Shown one piece after another: positions 59,764 through 64,000 of a stretch of 64,000 bases of DNA. The notes under the pieces are model-generated. The model was not told the DNA's origin. It saw only the letters and a program-made list of their open reading frames with translations, and did not search any database. The stretch comes from Eledone cirrhosa (taxonomy: Eukaryota). The stretch is taken from positions 397,420,001 to 397,484,000 of the forward strand of contig OZ024740.1 of NCBI GenBank assembly GCA_964016885.1, in the 5' to 3' direction. Every line of letters starts with the position of its first letter. The first letter of the stretch is position 1. The position numbers and the translations under genes are program-made.

Positions 59764-60263
59764 TTTTAATGTAATATAATTCCCTAATCAGGTAATGTGT
59801 TGTGTCTTCGAACAAGAGACTACAATTTTCCCCCAGTTCACTCAGCTAAATATGAGTACCAGTGGCAGCTGGGAGTTAGTCATGTGATGGATACCATCTT
59901 GTCTAGAGTGAAGTTTTGTATGCTCATTCATTTAACATCTATGAAACCGGGATAAGCTATGGGCTTTGTCCTACCTGTGCAAACATGGAATAATGGATGA
60001 AGTCAATAACTAACACACTCTGTCATATATACATATATGTATATATATTTAAATATAAGTATGTATACATACATACATATATGTATACAGACGTACAGTA
60101 GTATGTATATATACATACATGCACACATATATATATATGTACGTATGGGTTTACTGAACATTTATTATAATGTTCGGTTTGTATGTAAACAAACAGCCCG
60201 AATTATTAGCCGTACAGTATTCGGCAACCATCGTTGCCATTTTGTTCAACACTGACAAAGGAG

Positions 60264-60304
60264 CGATGAACTAGTTTCTAACTTATTAGCTGTCATCAGC
60301 ACCG
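60264..60304 (-). ncRNA. minimal type-I hammerhead
   Basis: CGGTG CTGATGA CAGCT-AATA-AGTTA GAAACTAGTT CATCG; helix III palindrome AACTAGTT. Confidence 0.7.
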
Positions 60305-60588
60305 TATACCTTCCTGTCAATTGATTGAATGTTTGAAAGTATATACTTTCCTTATGTATATTAACGGCTGAGCAGCCTAATTTGCATATCGAGTGAGTTA
60401 GTCGGCCGGGCGTACCGAAAACGATAAATGGAGAAAATGAAATTTCATTTCTCATTCTTCATTTTTTCCATTTATCGTTATGCCCGGCCGACTAACTCAC
60501 TCAATATGCAAATTAGGCTGCTCAGCCATTAATATGCATAAGGAAAGTATATACTTTCAAACGTTCAATCAACTGACAGGAAGGTATA

Positions 60589-60629
60589 CAGTGCTGATGA
60601 CAGCTAATAAGCTAGAAACTAGTTCATCG
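60589..60629 (+). ncRNA. minimal type-I hammerhead
   Basis: CAGTG CTGATGA CAGCT-AATA-AGCTA GAAACTAGTT CATCG. Confidence 0.7.
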
Positions 60630-61062
60630 TTCCTTTGTCAGTGTTGAACAAAATGGCAACGATGGTTGCCGAACACTGTACGGCTAATAATTCGGGCTGT
60701 TTGTTTACAAACAAACCGAGCATTATAATAAATGTTCAGTAAACCCATACGTACATATATATATGTGTGCATGTATGTATATATACATACTACTGTACGT
60801 CTGTATACATATATGTATGTACGTATACATACTTATATTTAAGTATCAGCCGTACTAAGAGTGAGAAATGAAATTTCATTTTTTTCATTTATATATATTT
60901 ATATAATACAGTATATAGAGAAGAAAACACAAAAGGGTGTTTTCAATTACGAGGGTATAGAACCACTAAAGTGTAAAACATAAAGTCGACGAAAAGTGTG
61001 GAAAATATATAATAATTAAAAAGGTAAATTAAAATATACAGACACAGCTTTATAACTACAAA

Positions 61063-61145
61063 ACACCTTGACAAACTCAAAGAAGAGAATGTTTCGCCAT
61101 AAACAGTGTTAGTACAATAACTTCTCAGGGCTCATCGGCAGGTGT
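61063..61145 (-). ncRNA. type-I hammerhead-like motif (variant core)
   Basis: ACACCTG CCGATGA GCC..GGC GAAACATTCTC-TTCTTT-GAGTTTGTC AAGGTGT; GUC triplet. Confidence 0.55.
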
Positions 61146-61415
61146 AAAGATGATATGGTCGACACTTCTAAAGAGATTTTAGACAACTGAAATATCACAT
61201 ACGGTGAGAGAAGGGACGGAAGCATGCACACCAGACAGAACATAGTGGCTTGAATGGATAAAAAATACGCTAGAAATACCAGCCTATAACCATTCAACTT
61301 TAAAACCTCAACTAACTTAAAGAAATTAGTTAGGAGCCAAAATATCAAATGAAAAAATCAGAGTTAAAGATTCATGATAAAACTCTGTAATTTCATGAGC
61401 TCAAGGAATAAGTAT

Positions 61416-61873
61416 ATCATCATCATCATCTTTGTTTAACGTCCATCTTCCACGCTAGCATGGGTTAGACGGGAGTTGTCCCACTTGAGGCAAGGTTGGT
61501 CGGGTGACCGTGTCTCGCTCATATAGGACTATCTGGCAGGTTTCTACCGCTGGATGCCCTTCCTAATACCAACCACATTTACAGTGTGGAACTGGGAACT
61601 TTTTACCGTGTTACCTACACGGCCACATTACAGCGTGGAGTGTGTGTTTTTTGTCGTGACACCTACACGATCTCGATCTCATTATCTCATTTATTTGGAC
61701 TGGATGTTGTGGTACCAACTTTACAGAGACAGGGTGGTGTCGGTGGGAGTGGGAGGATAAGGTAAAGGTAGTGGATTGGGTGTATATTTGGTTAAGAGGT
61801 GCCTACTGACTGTAGGTTTCACTGTGTACAAAAGCAAGGCAGGTCTTCTGTAGTGCCAAAGATCTCGGTCCAG
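61416..61873 (-). mobile_element. RTE-D 3' fragment
   Basis: Matches 35610-36072; (GAT)n tail; 5' end abuts (TA)n. Confidence 0.9.
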
Positions 61874-61953
61874 TATATATATATATATATGAATTTGATT
61901 TCTTGCTCTCACATACCGGGTTTCATAAATGTATTTATGAGTTTTATATTGAA

Positions 61954-62891
61954 CTAGCAGTAAAGCCCGGCGTTGCTCGGGGTCGCTCAGTAGCTGTGTT
62001 AAAGTTACAATGTTAAGTTTCTTTCTTGGCTTAAAAACTGTAGTGTCTACTGTGCAGACTTGCATGTGGTGTTTTTGATTAATATTCCCTCAACCAACAA
62101 TATGCCTTATGAAGTTAAGAAAACATAACGATAACCCGAATGTTATAACAAAAGAGGATGCTGGGGATAGAAACTGCACTGGTTATTTATTAACAAAGAT
62201 CGAAAATGTAAACACTGCAACGCAGAGAAAAACATTAGCGTAACCAAATTATCAGTTATGTCTGTCTGCACGCCTATATCACCTCTCTGCACGACTATCT
62301 GTCTGCACGCCTATATCACCTCTCTGCACGACTATCTGTCTGCACGCCTATATCACCTCTCTGCACGACTATCTGTCTGCACGCGTATATCACCTCTCTG
62401 CACGACTATCTGTCTGCACGCCTAACGACGAAATATTTGCTTGTTTTACGTAGTCTTTAAATAGACTTGTTTTCAAGTAAAAATATTGTTTTATAATGCT
62501 TTTAAATGGAAATGAAGCAAAACGGAAGCTTAGTGTTCGAACTGATGAATTTTGCAGGTCAATATTTTGCTGGCTCGACAACTGTAACTGTTCGTGTATT
62601 GTGTTAATGTCATTTTAAACGCTGAGAAAGCCAGCGTAATTTTTAACGTAAGACGCTCAATGTAAACAGAACAAAGGGAAATAACTGATCACTTACGCTC
62701 AAAAATCGATACATTATATTCGATTTCGTCACATAGGGTGGGTCAATTTGAAATATTTTTTTTCCGATGTCTTCGCTAGGGCTCAATGTATAAGTATAGC
62801 AATTTCGGTGCAATTCCGTGAGAGATTCTAAGAGGAGATGTGTGCCAAAAATCGATAGACAGACAGACAACCACAGTTTTATATATATAGA
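61954..62891 (-). mobile_element. non-autonomous Helitron inserted at A|T
   Basis: Minus strand TCTATATATATAAAA...CCCGAGCAACGCCGGG...CTAG; no TSD. Confidence 0.88.
62261..62424. repeat. 37-bp minisatellite, about 4.4 copies, inside the Helitron
   Basis: TCTGTCTGCACGCCTATATCACCTCTCTGCACGACTA. Confidence 0.95.
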
Positions 62892-63411
62892 TAATAATAA
62901 TAATATTTTATCCGTTTGCAAGCAAACAGCCTCATTACACTATGTATTTTGTTGATCACTATCATCTGTTCGTTCTAGCAGTGGCTTCGGAAAACAGTCA
63001 ACATGTTTCTGGGTTATTGCCCCTTGTCAAGACTGTGTATTTCTCTGCCACTCACTTGAACTGTTGAAAATTTATAATGTATTTATGAATTTTATATAGA
63101 AGCCACTGCTAGAATTCTAATTTTGATTTTAATTTTCAGCAAAGTTGCTTGGTATGCAAATGAGGCTAATCAGCCGATGTATACTTTAGAAAATATCATA
63201 TATTTTCAACAGTTCAAGTGAGTAGCAGAGAGATACGCAGTCTTGACAAAGGGCAATAACCCAGAAACATATTGACTTCCTCAAAGCCACGGCTAGAACA
63301 AATGGATGAAGGTGGTCATCAAAAACAGCATAATGAGGTAGTTTGTTTGCAAACGAATCAAATAATATTTTCATTCGATATAAAACTCATAAATACATAT
63401 ATACATACATA

Positions 63412-63690
63412 ATCATTATCATCACCATCACTGTTTAACGACCATTTTTTCCTGCTAGCATGGGTTAAACAAGTTGCCCCGTTTTGAGACAAGCCAGATC
63501 TGATAACCATGACTTGCTCATACAGAGCTGGTTTTGGTTTAGTTTCTATGGCTGGATGCCCTTCCTAACACCAACCACATTTACAGTTTGGGCTGGGTGC
63601 TTTTTGTTGTGACACTTATACGACCACTTTACAATGTGAGCTGGGTGCTTTTTGTTGTGTCACCTACACGACCACTTTACAGTGTAAACA
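63412..63690 (-). mobile_element. RTE-related 3' UTR fragment (another variant)
   Basis: Decayed (GAT)n, CCCATGCTAGCAGGAAAA terminus, GTTGGTGTTAGGAAGGGCATCCAGC core, about 42-bp internal tandem repeats. Confidence 0.8.
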
Positions 63691-64000
63691 GTAGAGTATA
63701 TTTTTATATTTTAAATTGGGAGTTCACTCAGTTGCAACTCCAATTTCCTCTCCTCCTATTGTTCGTTGTGGCAAATGATTGTTGATATTAGGTCTATTGG
63801 TTCAGTATGATGTAACATGCTAGTTATGTGTTGCTGAGACCATGTTGTTGCTGCACACTGTCATATCAATTAGGGCTTATTACAGCTAAAATGTTGACAA
63901 GATGTACATTCCTCAATCTTTACAGCTACCCCTCTACTCACCATCATCAGCATAGAATTGGAATGGCTCTTCCAGTGTGTCTCCCTCATCATCCTCCGGG

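Larger units (their letters stand above)
60044..60886. mobile_element. non-autonomous PLE-like fold-back element (about 390-bp arms)
   Basis: 60044-60440 and 60463-60846 are near-perfect reverse complements; TA-rich flanks; hammerhead in each arm. Confidence 0.85.
61890..63400. mobile_element. old PLE-like fold-back element split by a Helitron
   Basis: Left arm 61929-61953 + 62892-63083 is the reverse complement of 63190-63397; decayed hammerheads at 62995-63035(-) and 63238-63277(+). Confidence 0.7.

Overview
AT-rich eukaryotic (animal) DNA made almost entirely of repeats. The repeat inventory resembles a cephalopod/octopus-type genome, which is an inference. No prokaryotic genes, CRISPR arrays or rRNA are present. 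Main contents: (1) many RTE-clade LINEs from at least four subfamilies, labelled A-D here. One is full length with an open 1056-aa APE-RT ORF carrying a PHD-type zinc finger inside the RT region. They pile up in two (TA)n/(CA)n nests (5.3-12.5 kb and 30.3-36.1 kb), where repeated insertion appears to have serially duplicated the target microsatellite. (2) Four fold-back Penelope-like elements (PLEs), one with a GIY-YIG remnant, plus isolated motifs, carrying type-I hammerhead ribozyme folds from several unrelated families; one has a 99-nt stem II. (3) A 5.2-kb Tx1-like LINE with a 15-bp TSD, other Tx1 pieces and an RTE/Tx1 in-frame chimera. (4) tRNA-derived SINEs with clear TSDs, including two that share a head but have different tails. 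(5) Two non-autonomous Helitrons, two TTAA MITEs, pogo, CRE and Vingi-like relics, and a fold-back element with two convergent tRNA-like Pol III units. One candidate host exon encoding a signal peptide lies at 2671-2756 (-). All structures and alignments were read by eye.
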